The position numbers and the translations under genes are program-made. DNA of 64,000 bases, taken from positions 128,468-192,467 of the forward strand of contig JAJZZD010000001.1 of assembly GCA_021797745.1 (NCBI GenBank), given 5' to 3'. Each line of letters starts with the position of its first letter. Positions within the stretch are counted from its first letter, which is position 1. Of the stretch, positions 35,333-44,464 are shown piece after piece. This DNA is from Candidatus Micrarchaeota archaeon (GTDB taxonomy: Archaea > Micrarchaeota > Micrarchaeia > Micrarchaeales > CABMGC01). The notes beneath the pieces are model-generated. The model saw nothing but the letters and a program-made list of their open reading frames with translations. It was not told where the DNA came from and did no database searches.

Positions 35333-35827
35333 TCATTGTGCCGACACTGCAAGTGTGCCATTATCTACGCTCTGCGTTGCCGTCGCTTCGTCTATTGTGT
35401 TAACTACTAAATATCCGTCGAAATAGTCGCCAGCAGATCCGGAGAATACGGTGTTCTGACCGGTATAGCAGCTGACTGCAAACGTGTAGTTCGAGCCCAC
35501 CGCCATAAGCACGCCTCCACCTCCGTTCAGCGTCTCTACGTTAGTGAGCGTGCCCTGCTCGTTGCATGCTATGCCTATGACGTTGACTGGCATATTGATG
35601 CTTTCGAGGTTCACTATAAGCAGCCCGTTGGTTGCGAACGTCAGGCCTTTGCACAGGAAATTGTTGAGCAGGCACGTGCTCTTTGCTCCGAATGCATTCG
35701 TGTTGAAAAGCCCGAGCGCGTAGAGTGCGGCAAGCACAACTCCTATTATCAGGAAAGCCCAGCCATAAGTTATGAGAAATTCCATTGCCGATTGGGCTTT
35801 GGATTGAGATTTTGAGTTCGCGTACAT
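35333..35827 (-). CDS. Archaeal type IV pilin (class III signal peptide), candidate major pilin of the locus
   Basis: MYANSKSQSKA-QSAMEFLITYGWAFLIIGVVLAALYALGLF is the classic archaeal pilin N-terminus (Q+1, E+5, TYGWA). An AT-rich TATA-like element lies about 29 nt upstream of ATG 35827, so this start is preferred over 35875. Confidence 0.85.
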   Translation of the reverse strand: MYANSKSQSKAQSAMEFLITYGWAFLIIGVVLAALYALGLFNTNAFGAKSTCLLNNFLCKGLTFATNGLLIVNLESINMPVNVIGIACNEQGTLTNVETLNGGGGVLMAVGSNYTFAVSCYTGQNTVFSGSAGDYFDGYLVVNTIDEATATQSVDNGTLAVSAQ

Positions 35828-36144
35828 GTTCTCGTTTATAAATGCAAAGGGAAATTTAATAACGTAAGTAGCCATTTAACAATTGTACTTGAAGAACACA
35901 ACAAAAAATGCCAAGTTTGCGGAAACTTGAAGCATATGCCTCCGTGCGAAAGAACATACGGAAGCGAGAATGCAGTTTTGTCATCAGGCAGCGGCATAAC
36001 TGCATAAATAAATATATTGCACAAAGCAATTGACATAGGTCAGGCAGGAAATAACGTTTCCTGAGATCTAAAGATGCTACTGAATGACTGTCAATGAACG
36101 AAAATGAACGAAGAAGTCCCCGACTCATTCAAGGTGGTAGTATG

Positions 36145-36879
36145 TCACAGTTTTCCGACTATGAAACCAGCAATTTCGTCACCTATCGCCGCCTCCGGCA
36201 TTATGACGCGCTTAGTGCCTGCGCGCTCGAGTTTAGGGATGTCATCGAGCGTTTTTATCCTAGAAATGACGCTGCACTTTTCGTTCTGCTTCTTTGCAGC
36301 TATTGATACGAACGCGTTGCTCACGTCGTTCTCATAAAGCGAGAATACGACAAACGCACTGTCTATCCTGCCTTTCTTAAGCGAGTCGTCGTATGTCGCA
36401 TCCTGATTCAGTGCTAAAAGCCCTTCGTGCAGCGCTTTCTTCACCTTTCTGCGCTCATTATCCATTAATACGGCCTGAATCTTGTTCTCCTTGAGCTTCC
36501 TCGCAAGCCTTATGCTTATCCCGTTTATCGGCGTTATTATGGCGTGATTTTTAAGCCTCTTTGCCTTCTGCTTCGCCACCCACTGGTCCACGTCGATGCT
36601 GCTAAGCACCTCGTAGAAGAACGTTACCACTATAATCGTAAGCGCTATGTTGCCTACCAGGCCCAGCACGAAAGCGGTAAACACGAGCGGATTGTCGGTA
36701 TACGCGAACGCAGCCGTAGGCGCGAAGGTCGCGCCTATGATGTTGGTTATGCTCAATATCACTGCAACGAACATATTGTGCGTAGCTATCTCGATGAGCG
36801 CAACGGATATTATGAATATTGCCACTATCGCCAGCGCAGTTATGGTGTGTATCGTATGAAACATTGCCATTCTTGTCAC
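36145..36879 (-). CDS. 2-TM channel-like membrane protein with a C-terminal RCK/TrkA-N domain; no canonical K+ selectivity filter
   Basis: TM1, then a pore-helix-like segment (SITNIIGATFAP where TVGYGD would be expected), then TM2, then a Rossmann-like RCK region (NHAIITPINGISIRLARKLKENKIQAVLMD). ATGA overlap with the upstream gene. Confidence 0.65.
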   Translation of the reverse strand: MTRMAMFHTIHTITALAIVAIFIISVALIEIATHNMFVAVILSITNIIGATFAPTAAFAYTDNPLVFTAFVLGLVGNIALTIIVVTFFYEVLSSIDVDQWVAKQKAKRLKNHAIITPINGISIRLARKLKENKIQAVLMDNERRKVKKALHEGLLALNQDATYDDSLKKGRIDSAFVVFSLYENDVSNAFVSIAAKKQNEKCSVISRIKTLDDIPKLERAGTKRVIMPEAAIGDEIAGFIVGKL

Positions 36880-37646
36880 ATCTTGTGCAGATAGTTTCCT
36901 ATTTCCAGGCCCGCTAGATATTCCGGTATTATTGCCAGGTCTATGCCAGCAGAATAAACGCTCCTCCTTACAATGTCGTCTTTAAGCCTTGACATTACTT
37001 TGATTTTTGGGTTCAGCTTTTTGGCCACTATAGCGCCTAGCACGTTGTCGACATCTTTCTGCGAGGTGAACACAATCGCCCTTGCCTTGCCTATGCCGGC
37101 GAGCCTCAGCGTGTCGCCATCGGTGAAATCCTGCGCTATGTTAAGGATTTTCCTGTCATTCAGCTCCCTTTCTCTTATTTTGTCTGGCTCTATTACAACG
37201 TACCTTATCTTCCTTTTCGCCAGGTTCCTTATCAATGAATCGGCTATGCTGCTGTAGCCGCATATTATGACGTGATTTCTGAGCATTTTCGAGCGTACCT
37301 CGTTTATGTATCCTTCGACGTTGGCGTAAGTGAGAAAGTCCATCACTGCTGCGAGTATGAAACTCGTTATGAGGATTCTGCTCAGGTTGTCAAGCATAAC
37401 AATTGCAAATATCGACGCGAAGCCTGACGTGTTCAAGCCGAAGGCTATCTGCGCTATTGAGCTCGCCGCAACTATGTTCTGCGCATCGAAGAAAGAGGAA
37501 AGGGCAAAATACGAATCCAAGTACAAATCGTTAGTAAACTTGTACAGCACTGTTATCGACACCGCGATTATTATTATTATTATCGCTGCCGTGGTGGTCA
37601 TAACGTTGAACGTATCTTCTCTGCTTTCGGTATCGCGCATGCTCAA
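36876..37646 (-). CDS. 2-TM channel-like membrane protein with an RCK/TrkA-N domain; no canonical K+ selectivity filter
   Basis: LDSYFALSSFFDAQNI occupies the pore-helix/filter position. RCK motif NHVIICGYSSIADSLIRNLAKRKIRYVVIEPD. ATGA overlaps on both sides. Confidence 0.65.
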   Translation of the reverse strand: MSMRDTESREDTFNVMTTTAAIIIIIIAVSITVLYKFTNDLYLDSYFALSSFFDAQNIVAASSIAQIAFGLNTSGFASIFAIVMLDNLSRILITSFILAAVMDFLTYANVEGYINEVRSKMLRNHVIICGYSSIADSLIRNLAKRKIRYVVIEPDKIRERELNDRKILNIAQDFTDGDTLRLAGIGKARAIVFTSQKDVDNVLGAIVAKKLNPKIKVMSRLKDDIVRRSVYSAGIDLAIIPEYLAGLEIGNYLHKM

Positions 37647-38062
37647 ATACCTTTTGTAAGCTCCCTGAAAAGCTCGTCGCTCGCCGACCTGTTCGGCGTA
37701 GCCACAAAACCTGCCCCTGCCTCCTTGAACTTTGCCACTAGCGTTTCGTCATTCGCCCTTGTCGCTATTATCACTTTGTCGTTCAGGCTTCTCACAGTGA
37801 TTATCGTAAAAAGGTTCTTCGCGTCGTTGTCCAGCGCTATGGCCACTGCACGTGCCTTTTCTATTCCTGCTTCCCTGAGCGTTTTCGAGGATGTCGCGTC
37901 GCCTAACACAACATCTATTTTTTTGTCCTCCAGCAAAGACACTTTGTCCTTGTCTTGCTCGATGACAACAAACGGGATATCATATTGTTCAAGTATGTCT
38001 GCTATCTTCTCCCCAACAAGGCCGTAGCCGCAAACGATGACGTGATTTTTAAGCTCGTGCAT
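37643..38062 (-). CDS. Soluble RCK/TrkA-N domain protein
   Basis: NHVIVCGYGLVGEKIADILEQYDIPFVVIEQD dinucleotide-binding fold, 139 aa. First gene of a three-gene overlapping set. Confidence 0.8.
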   Translation of the reverse strand: MHELKNHVIVCGYGLVGEKIADILEQYDIPFVVIEQDKDKVSLLEDKKIDVVLGDATSSKTLREAGIEKARAVAIALDNDAKNLFTIITVRSLNDKVIIATRANDETLVAKFKEAGAGFVATPNRSASDELFRELTKGI

Positions 38063-38376
38063 AAGATTCTACCTGCGTTATCTCTTCAGCTAAAATATTG
38101 AACATGATAGTCTTTAATCCTTTGTCAGAAATGCTCTGATAAACTAAGCTAGATTATTAAGTTAAAAAGAAGCCTAACTTTTCGTTTGGAACAGTTCTTT
38201 GAAACTGCTGAAACTTAAGTTAGGTAAGCTCTTGTTGACAGAGTCGTACCTGAGCTAAGTTGATTTTTCTAAGCCTCTTTTTGTAACACTGTGCAATGAC
38301 AGCTTCAAATTTTTGAGCTTCAATTTTGAAATCAGATTCGCAGCCGAGCTACGTTTTGTCATCTGAAAAGCAGGAT

Positions 38377-38449
38377 TAGCTCCAGCCAGATTCGAACTGG
38401 CGTCAGCGGGTCCAGAGCCCGCTATCCTTGACCACTAGACGATGGAGCT
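38377..38449 (-). tRNA. tRNA-Gln(CUG): tRNA-Gln (anticodon CUG)
   Basis: Hand fold: acceptor AGCUCCA/UGGAGCU, anticodon stem GCGGG/CCCGC with loop CU-CUG-GA, T arm GCCAG-UUCGAAU-CUGGC, discriminator A. Confidence 0.85.
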
Positions 38450-38543
38450 TCGATTCAACAATGCAAACCTATATATGTGAATGTATCTGCATCGCGAATT
38501 TTATTAATGGTTTTCATATTAATAGTCTTTTGTTGGCAATTAG

Positions 38544-39251
38544 ATGTTGGTCAGGGAAACAAGTTACATAAAAAAGGAGATACAGGATATCGTAATAGCA
38601 GATTTAGTCCTGACTTTAGCTTTCGCACTTACGCTGTCTGGAGGAATTTACTACATTCACACTGCAGGTTTTGCGCACACTTTCATAATCGGCCTTGAAA
38701 TATCTTTTGTCGCTGTCACATTGTCTTTCGTTTTGCACGAGCTCATGCACAAGTTCGTGGCGCAGCATTTCGGGGCAGTGGCAGGTTTCAGAACATCCGA
38801 CATCGGTCTCATAATCACTTTGTTCACAGGAGCTATGGGCTTTTTGTTTGGCATTCCTGGAGCTACTATGATTTATGCAAGCAACTTCACAAAAAAGGAA
38901 AACGGAATAGTGTCGCTTGCGGGTCCTTTGACCAACTTTGTGGTATTCGGAGTTTTCTTCGCCGCGCTTATTGTGATAAATCCGCCAGTAACGTCTTTCA
39001 TGTTCAGCCTTCTCTTCTTCACAGTGTTCATAAGCCTCTGGCTTGCGTTCTTCAACATGCTCCCGATATTCCCGCTTGATGGCAGCAAGGTCCTTGCCTG
39101 GAATAAACTAGTCTATGTCATCATAATGTCTGTAATAGTGGGCTTGCTGTTTTACACAGGGATAGTTCCGTACATAGTGCCCGTATCCGGGCTGGCTTTC
39201 GTCCTCATAATAGCCGTTTTCTTCTCAATGTTCTACAGAAATCTCTTCTAA
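38544..39251 (+). CDS. Site-2 protease family (M50) intramembrane zinc metalloprotease
   Basis: HELMHKF (HExxH) within a TM helix and NMLPIFPLDGSKV (NxxPxxxLDG). Polytopic protein. Confidence 0.85.
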   Translation: MLVRETSYIKKEIQDIVIADLVLTLAFALTLSGGIYYIHTAGFAHTFIIGLEISFVAVTLSFVLHELMHKFVAQHFGAVAGFRTSDIGLIITLFTGAMGFLFGIPGATMIYASNFTKKENGIVSLAGPLTNFVVFGVFFAALIVINPPVTSFMFSLLFFTVFISLWLAFFNMLPIFPLDGSKVLAWNKLVYVIIMSVIVGLLFYTGIVPYIVPVSGLAFVLIIAVFFSMFYRNLF

Positions 39252-39310
39252 TTTGCGGTTTTCTTCTTGACTTTTGAAAGTTCCTTCGTACGAAGGTATT
39301 TTTATTTTTA

Positions 39311-40390
39311 ATGCATATGTCTAACAGTGAGTTTATGTACGACCAGTATCTTAGCCAATCAAATCAGCAGCAGCCGAACCAGCAGTTCAGTCAGGAAGAT
39401 TATGAGTTTTTCAAGCCGCGCATAGCCGTAGTAGGAGTTGGCGGCGGCGGTACAAATACTGTTCAGAGGCTCAGTGCCATGGGTGTCAAAGGCGCGAGCC
39501 TTTTTGCCTTCAACACTGATGCAAAACATCTTGGCATGCTGAACTCTGACATCACAAAGCTGCTAATAGGAAAGGATCTTACCCATGGCCTTGGAGCTGG
39601 CGGGTTCCCTGACATAGGTGAAAAATCGGCAGAGCTGTCGAGGAACGACATACAGCTGCTGATAAAGGACAACAACCTGATTTTCCTAACTGCTGGAATG
39701 GGAGGGGGCACAGGCACCGGCGCGGCGCCGATAGTCGGAAGAATCGCAAAAGAGAGCGGCGCAATAACTATAGGTGTTGTGACAATACCTTTCGCGCTTG
39801 AAAGGGTCAGGCTTGCTACTGCGAAGAAAGGCATAGAAAAACTGAGGCAGAGCGTCGACACGCTCATAGTAATAGACAACCAGAAGCTCGTGCAGCTTTA
39901 CCCGAACCTGCCTATAGAGAAGACATTCGCGATAGCAGATGAAATAACTGCAAAAGCAGTAGGAGGCATTTCCGAAACGATAACCCAGCCCAGCCTTATA
40001 AACTTAGACTTCGCCGACGTGAGAAATCTGATGAACGCAGGGGGACTGGCCATGATAAGCGTAGGCGTTGGACAGGGCTCAAGCAAGGTCGAAGACGTAG
40101 TAAAGAACACCCTAAAGAACAAGCTGCTTGATGTGGACTATTCCAAGGCAACAGGAGTTCTTCTGCACATTATAGGCGGACCAGACCTCACGCTAGGCGA
40201 TGCGAATGCGATAGGAACGAAGCTTACTGACAGCATAGCGACAAACGCGAGCGTGACATGGGGCGCAAGGCTCGATCCTAACTACACGGGTAAAGTTGAA
40301 GTAATTGCAATATTCACCGGCGTGGAAGGCTCTTCTCTAATAGGAAAAGAAAAGGAAGAAGAACAGGGACTGGGCTTGGGCCGGCTTTGA
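39311..40390 (+). CDS. ftsZ: Cell division GTPase FtsZ
   Basis: VVGVGGGGTNTV and the tubulin signature GMGGGTGTGAAPIV. The start is uncertain: a TATA-like run at 39296..39310 would favour the in-frame ATG at 39335. Confidence 0.9.
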   Translation: MHMSNSEFMYDQYLSQSNQQQPNQQFSQEDYEFFKPRIAVVGVGGGGTNTVQRLSAMGVKGASLFAFNTDAKHLGMLNSDITKLLIGKDLTHGLGAGGFPDIGEKSAELSRNDIQLLIKDNNLIFLTAGMGGGTGTGAAPIVGRIAKESGAITIGVVTIPFALERVRLATAKKGIEKLRQSVDTLIVIDNQKLVQLYPNLPIEKTFAIADEITAKAVGGISETITQPSLINLDFADVRNLMNAGGLAMISVGVGQGSSKVEDVVKNTLKNKLLDVDYSKATGVLLHIIGGPDLTLGDANAIGTKLTDSIATNASVTWGARLDPNYTGKVEVIAIFTGVEGSSLIGKEKEEEQGLGLGRL

Positions 40391-40624
40391 TAAAAAGCAG
40401 CAGGCCATGAATGTCATATTAAATGGCGCTAAATCACGCGTTTATTGTTTTACATTAAGTAATCATAAATAATCAGTATTTAGTACATAGCACTTACACG
40501 CATCCGAGCAGAATTTTTGTGCTTCGATTTTTCCATACTTTTTATCCTTTAACGCAGAACTACGCTGCACTGTCACAACTGCCGCGGAGATCTAACACAA
40601 CAATAACAGCAATCGATACGGTTA

Positions 40625-40789
40625 ATGCAACCAGCTCCTAACACAACCAAAAATCAGTCGGCAACGGCAACCTCGCAAACTTCTGGGAACGATACCTACC
40701 TTGAAATTGCCGCCATTATAGTTTTGCTTATAGCTGCTTACCTAATTCTCCGCAGAGCTAACGCAATAAAAATGCGGCTCAACGGATGA
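40625..40789 (+). CDS. Possible small tail-anchored membrane protein (54 aa)
   Basis: Hand translation gives MQPAPNTTKNQSATATSQTSGNDTYLEIAAIIVLLIAAYLILRRANAIKMRLNG*. Polar N-terminus, one TM helix, basic tail. No other support. Confidence 0.3.
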   Translation: MQPAPNTTKNQSATATSQTSGNDTYLEIAAIIVLLIAAYLILRRANAIKMRLNG

Positions 40790-40895
40790 CGCAATAAGAA
40801 GTAAAATGACGGCCGCAAGTCACATACATGAAATACTTCGAATATTTTGGCATGACGCCTGCAAAGCTATCTAACGCTTATTCGGCGTTATCAGA

Positions 40896-43202
40896 TTAGT
40901 TAATGGCTTCTGCAATTGTTTCTTTGCCAAGCTCCTTGTCGCGTTTCAGCATATATATTTTTGCATTGGTCGCTTGAGTCAGAGTCTCGTCGTGCGTTAT
41001 TATGAATATCTGGTCTACGAGTTTCGGAAGCACCTCGTTGACAGCCCTTACAAATTTGTCCAGTCCCTGCCTGTCAAGGTTGTGCGTGGGCTCGTCAAGT
41101 ATCAGCCATTTCAGATTGGGAACAAGCACAAGCGCAAGTGCGGTTCTCAGTGCAAGGCATGCAATGCTCTTCTCTCCGCCGCTTGCTATAGTGCCAACTT
41201 CTTCCCACATGCCCCCGTTCCTGCCGGTTTTGACCATGAGCGTGTAATCGTCTGAGTTGGCGTCGAGCGAGATGCCTTGATAGTCTTCATATGGATACAG
41301 TTCAGGCCACATCTCCTGCATTATCTGATTTATGTATGTGATGAGCATAGTGCGCTGTGCTGTCTGTGCCTCTTCGAGCGCGCTCTTGTACTTCGCAAGT
41401 TCGCCTGCTATCCTTCTTTTCTTCTCTATGCTGTTGTATATCTCGTTGACGTTGTCCATTTCCTCTTTCTTGCCCGCTACCTGTACCTTCTTGTCAGCTT
41501 CAATCCTTCTGCCCGAATCGAGTCTTGCTTTGAATTCGCTGAACCTCGCGCCTATTTCAGCGTATTTCTTGTGAAGAGAGTCCATTGCCTTCTCATCCAC
41601 GTCTATTTTTTCGGCTTCTTTTTCCTTCTTCGCCAACTTAATTTTGTCTTCTTCGCTTTCTTTCAGGTAGCCATCCCTCCTGTCTGACATTTCCTTCTCG
41701 CTGTTAAGAACCATAAATTTTTTATTCGCCTTATCAAATTCCTCCTGTTTTTCAGATCTCGAAGATTTGATTTTCTCCATTTCCTTTTTGCCCTGCTCGC
41801 TTGCGGCTTTCAGCTCGTTGAGCTTTTTCTGTGAGTCGCCCAATTCGCGGATGCGCTGATCCTTTTTCTCGAATGACTTCAGCTCAGCTTCCAGCTTCTC
41901 CAGCTCCTTTTCCTTCAGTCCGATCTCTTTGCCGGAATTTTTCACCGCATCTTCTAGCTCTTTTATCGCTGCCGTCTTTTCCGCAACTATCTTCTTCCTT
42001 ATCTCCTCACTTAGTTCGCGTTCGCACACGGGACATTTGCTTATGTGCTTTTCGACCTCTCTGAGCCATTTCTCGTTCTCTTCTTTTTTTGACACATTGA
42101 GTCCGTTCTCAAGCTGCAGTTTCTTCAGTGCGCTTTTCAGTTCTTCGATGCCCATTTTTATGCCGTCGCCACTTATCCCTCTGATGTCTTTTTCCAGGTT
42201 TGTCCGCTCGTCTACCTCTTTTTCAAGCAGTTTCATCGATGCTTCAAGTCCGGCCCATTTTCTTACTGACTCGCGTTCAAGCGACTCGGCTGCATTCAGC
42301 TCCTTTTTAATCCTCTCGAGGTCAGACTTCGACTTTTCGAAGTCCGCGTTTATTTCGCGGCTTCCCTTGGTGACATTTTTATTTACCTTCTCTATTTCTT
42401 TTTCCAGCACCGCTAGCCTGCTTTTTATATCTGCAATTTCCTTTCCAAGCCTGACTTTTTCCTCATATTTCCCTTTTGCGTCCTGAAGTTCCTTTTCAAT
42501 TTCCGATTTTCTCTTCACTTCTTCATTTAAGTCTTTTTCAAGTTTTGCATTTTCCTCCGCTACAGAATCAAGTTCTTTGGAAAGCTCGGCGTATTCCTTT
42601 TCGAGCTCCTTTATGTTGAAGTTGCCGGCAGTTTTCTCATTTTCATCAGCATCTGCTCGTATCCTGTTGACAAGCGACGTGATGTTATCCTGCGCATTGG
42701 CAAATTTATCTAGCCCGAGAAGCCCGTCTATGTACTGCTTCCTCTCTTTTGGAGTGAAATCGAGAAAAGAGGTAAGGCGATTCTGTTCAGCATATATAGC
42801 CTTGGAAAACAGGTCGTAGTCTATTTTCAAAACGCTCTCTATTTCTTCGTTTACGCGCTGCGGCTGCGATTGAAGATAGCTACTGTTTTTTTCAATGGTT
42901 GCCTTGGACGTGCCGTCAAGTTCCAGACTGCGCCTGACCCGATATTTGTCTCCTTCAAACGAAAAGTCTAATTTCACTTCGGCGTTTTTCTCCTGCTGCG
43001 GCTTGTTCATAATTATGTCGTTTACTGCTACGTGCCTGTGCTGTATTGCAGGGTACTTTCCGAAAAGCGCGAAAGAAATGGCGTCCATCACTGTGCTCTT
43101 GCCGGAGCCCATCTGGCCTATGAGTATGTTCGTGCCTCTTGCGAAATCAAGACTCGTGTCTTTGTGCGTCTTCCAATTGATGAGCTCAATCTTATTTATC
43201 AT
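40896..43202 (-). CDS. rad50: Rad50 DNA double-strand break repair ATPase
   Basis: Walker A GQMGSGKST, long coiled coils with a central zinc hook CPVC, signature SGGEKS, Walker B LILDEPT, H-loop ITHD. Confidence 0.9.
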   Translation of the reverse strand: MINKIELINWKTHKDTSLDFARGTNILIGQMGSGKSTVMDAISFALFGKYPAIQHRHVAVNDIIMNKPQQEKNAEVKLDFSFEGDKYRVRRSLELDGTSKATIEKNSSYLQSQPQRVNEEIESVLKIDYDLFSKAIYAEQNRLTSFLDFTPKERKQYIDGLLGLDKFANAQDNITSLVNRIRADADENEKTAGNFNIKELEKEYAELSKELDSVAEENAKLEKDLNEEVKRKSEIEKELQDAKGKYEEKVRLGKEIADIKSRLAVLEKEIEKVNKNVTKGSREINADFEKSKSDLERIKKELNAAESLERESVRKWAGLEASMKLLEKEVDERTNLEKDIRGISGDGIKMGIEELKSALKKLQLENGLNVSKKEENEKWLREVEKHISKCPVCERELSEEIRKKIVAEKTAAIKELEDAVKNSGKEIGLKEKELEKLEAELKSFEKKDQRIRELGDSQKKLNELKAASEQGKKEMEKIKSSRSEKQEEFDKANKKFMVLNSEKEMSDRRDGYLKESEEDKIKLAKKEKEAEKIDVDEKAMDSLHKKYAEIGARFSEFKARLDSGRRIEADKKVQVAGKKEEMDNVNEIYNSIEKKRRIAGELAKYKSALEEAQTAQRTMLITYINQIMQEMWPELYPYEDYQGISLDANSDDYTLMVKTGRNGGMWEEVGTIASGGEKSIACLALRTALALVLVPNLKWLILDEPTHNLDRQGLDKFVRAVNEVLPKLVDQIFIITHDETLTQATNAKIYMLKRDKELGKETIAEAIN

Positions 43203-43370
43203 GCAACTCCTTTTCTGCCAAGCGTAGGAACGCAGTATGAGATAGCATTATGCATTACAAAATATTAAAATGCGTGTTGAAAAATCAGAATGCGGCACAA
43301 AGCAGCGTCAGATACAAATGAAATACAAATGATTATAAATTGACCATCATAAATGAGATAAGGTAATAAA

Positions 43371-44051
43371 ATGGCTGTTGCAGGCATGGCTAACGGCATA
43401 GGTAAATTGAAGATGGCAATGCTCATATTCATTGCCGCTTCTGTAGTGGGCGTGATAGGGTCAATTCTAAGTTATAGCGCAGAATCAGGCGCACTGTCTA
43501 CAATCAGTTCTGGTTACAGCGTGGGTGCCGTTTTTAGCGCGCTGCTGGTACCGTTAGCAGTAGCCGTAATCGCCAGCATAATTGCGCTGGTGGGAGTGTT
43601 TTATCTGCTTGGCGGCTTCAAACTACTCAAACAGGTTTCGGCAAGATACAACATCGGATACATAGGTTCAATCCTGTACATAGTTTCCGAAATAGGAGTT
43701 GTAATTCTTACAGTTCTTGCGCTGTACTTTATTTATGCATTATCGTCATCATACGCCATAGCGTCTCAGTATGCAGGATTTGGCACAGCGGTTCTTGGAT
43801 TAACTGCCATAATAGGAATTCTTGCGATAATTGCCGTCATTCTGATTGTAATAAGCTTCTGGCGCATTGGAGCAGAGTACCAGAATTCCATAGTGCAGAT
43901 AGGAGGAATACTGTGGGTTGTGCTCAACATCGCGGCTAGTTTGTCGTCACTTCTTTCTGTGGTTTCAATAATAGGTCCAATAATCCTGTTCATAGGGTTT
44001 AACCAAATCCTGAACTCGCCGGCGCCCGCGCAGCCCAAAACCAAAGCCTAA
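43371..44051 (+). CDS. Hypothetical polytopic membrane protein
   Basis: 226 aa with about 6 hydrophobic helices and no catalytic motif recognised. Confidence 0.6.
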   Translation: MAVAGMANGIGKLKMAMLIFIAASVVGVIGSILSYSAESGALSTISSGYSVGAVFSALLVPLAVAVIASIIALVGVFYLLGGFKLLKQVSARYNIGYIGSILYIVSEIGVVILTVLALYFIYALSSSYAIASQYAGFGTAVLGLTAIIGILAIIAVILIVISFWRIGAEYQNSIVQIGGILWVVLNIAASLSSLLSVVSIIGPIILFIGFNQILNSPAPAQPKTKA

Positions 44052-44436
44052 TCTACGCAGGCAGAGCGCTAAGCAGATGTGCATCTGCGTGTTGAAACAA
44101 GCATGCGCCGCCGCATTGTAATCGCTGATGGTCTAATGCCGAGGACCAGTATTTCAGAAGGAATAAAAAGTTGAGAATTTCGATGGCACTGCTTGTTATT
44201 GCCACACTTTACGGAATTTTCTCCTTTTTGCAAACGATTAATGTTCTCTTACGGGCTTAGTACCCGTATCCGTGCCGCTACAGGCATAATCTATATGCTC
44301 TCAGGCTTCGACATGCTCAGGAAGTAATCTGCAAAATACAGCATCATGTACTTAGGTTTGATTCTTTACCTGATTGCAGGCATTGTCATGGCAATTTCTG
44401 CGGTGTTGTGAAGTTAATCAGCAGCTATCTAAGCTC

Positions 44437-44445
44437 TTTTTATTT
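44437..44445 (+). promoter_or_regulatory. TATA box candidate for the Mut7-C gene
   Basis: tttttattt centred about 24 nt upstream of ATG 44465. Supports the shorter start. Confidence 0.4.
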
Positions 44446-44464
44446 CGTTTATCCAACTAATATC

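Noticed and set aside
41929-42486. 185 aa Ser/Phe-rich ORF on the plus strand
   Set aside because: It is the antisense shadow of the Glu/Lys-rich coiled coil of Rad50. The neighbouring plus-strand ORFs at 40974-43268 are rejected for the same reason.
44170-44412. Several tiny hydrophobic ORFs (for example MALLVIATLYGIFSFLQTINVLLRA and MYLGLILYLIAGIVMAISAVL), possibly a frameshifted small membrane protein
   Set aside because: They are too short and have no start context or motif, and the frames cannot be joined confidently by hand.
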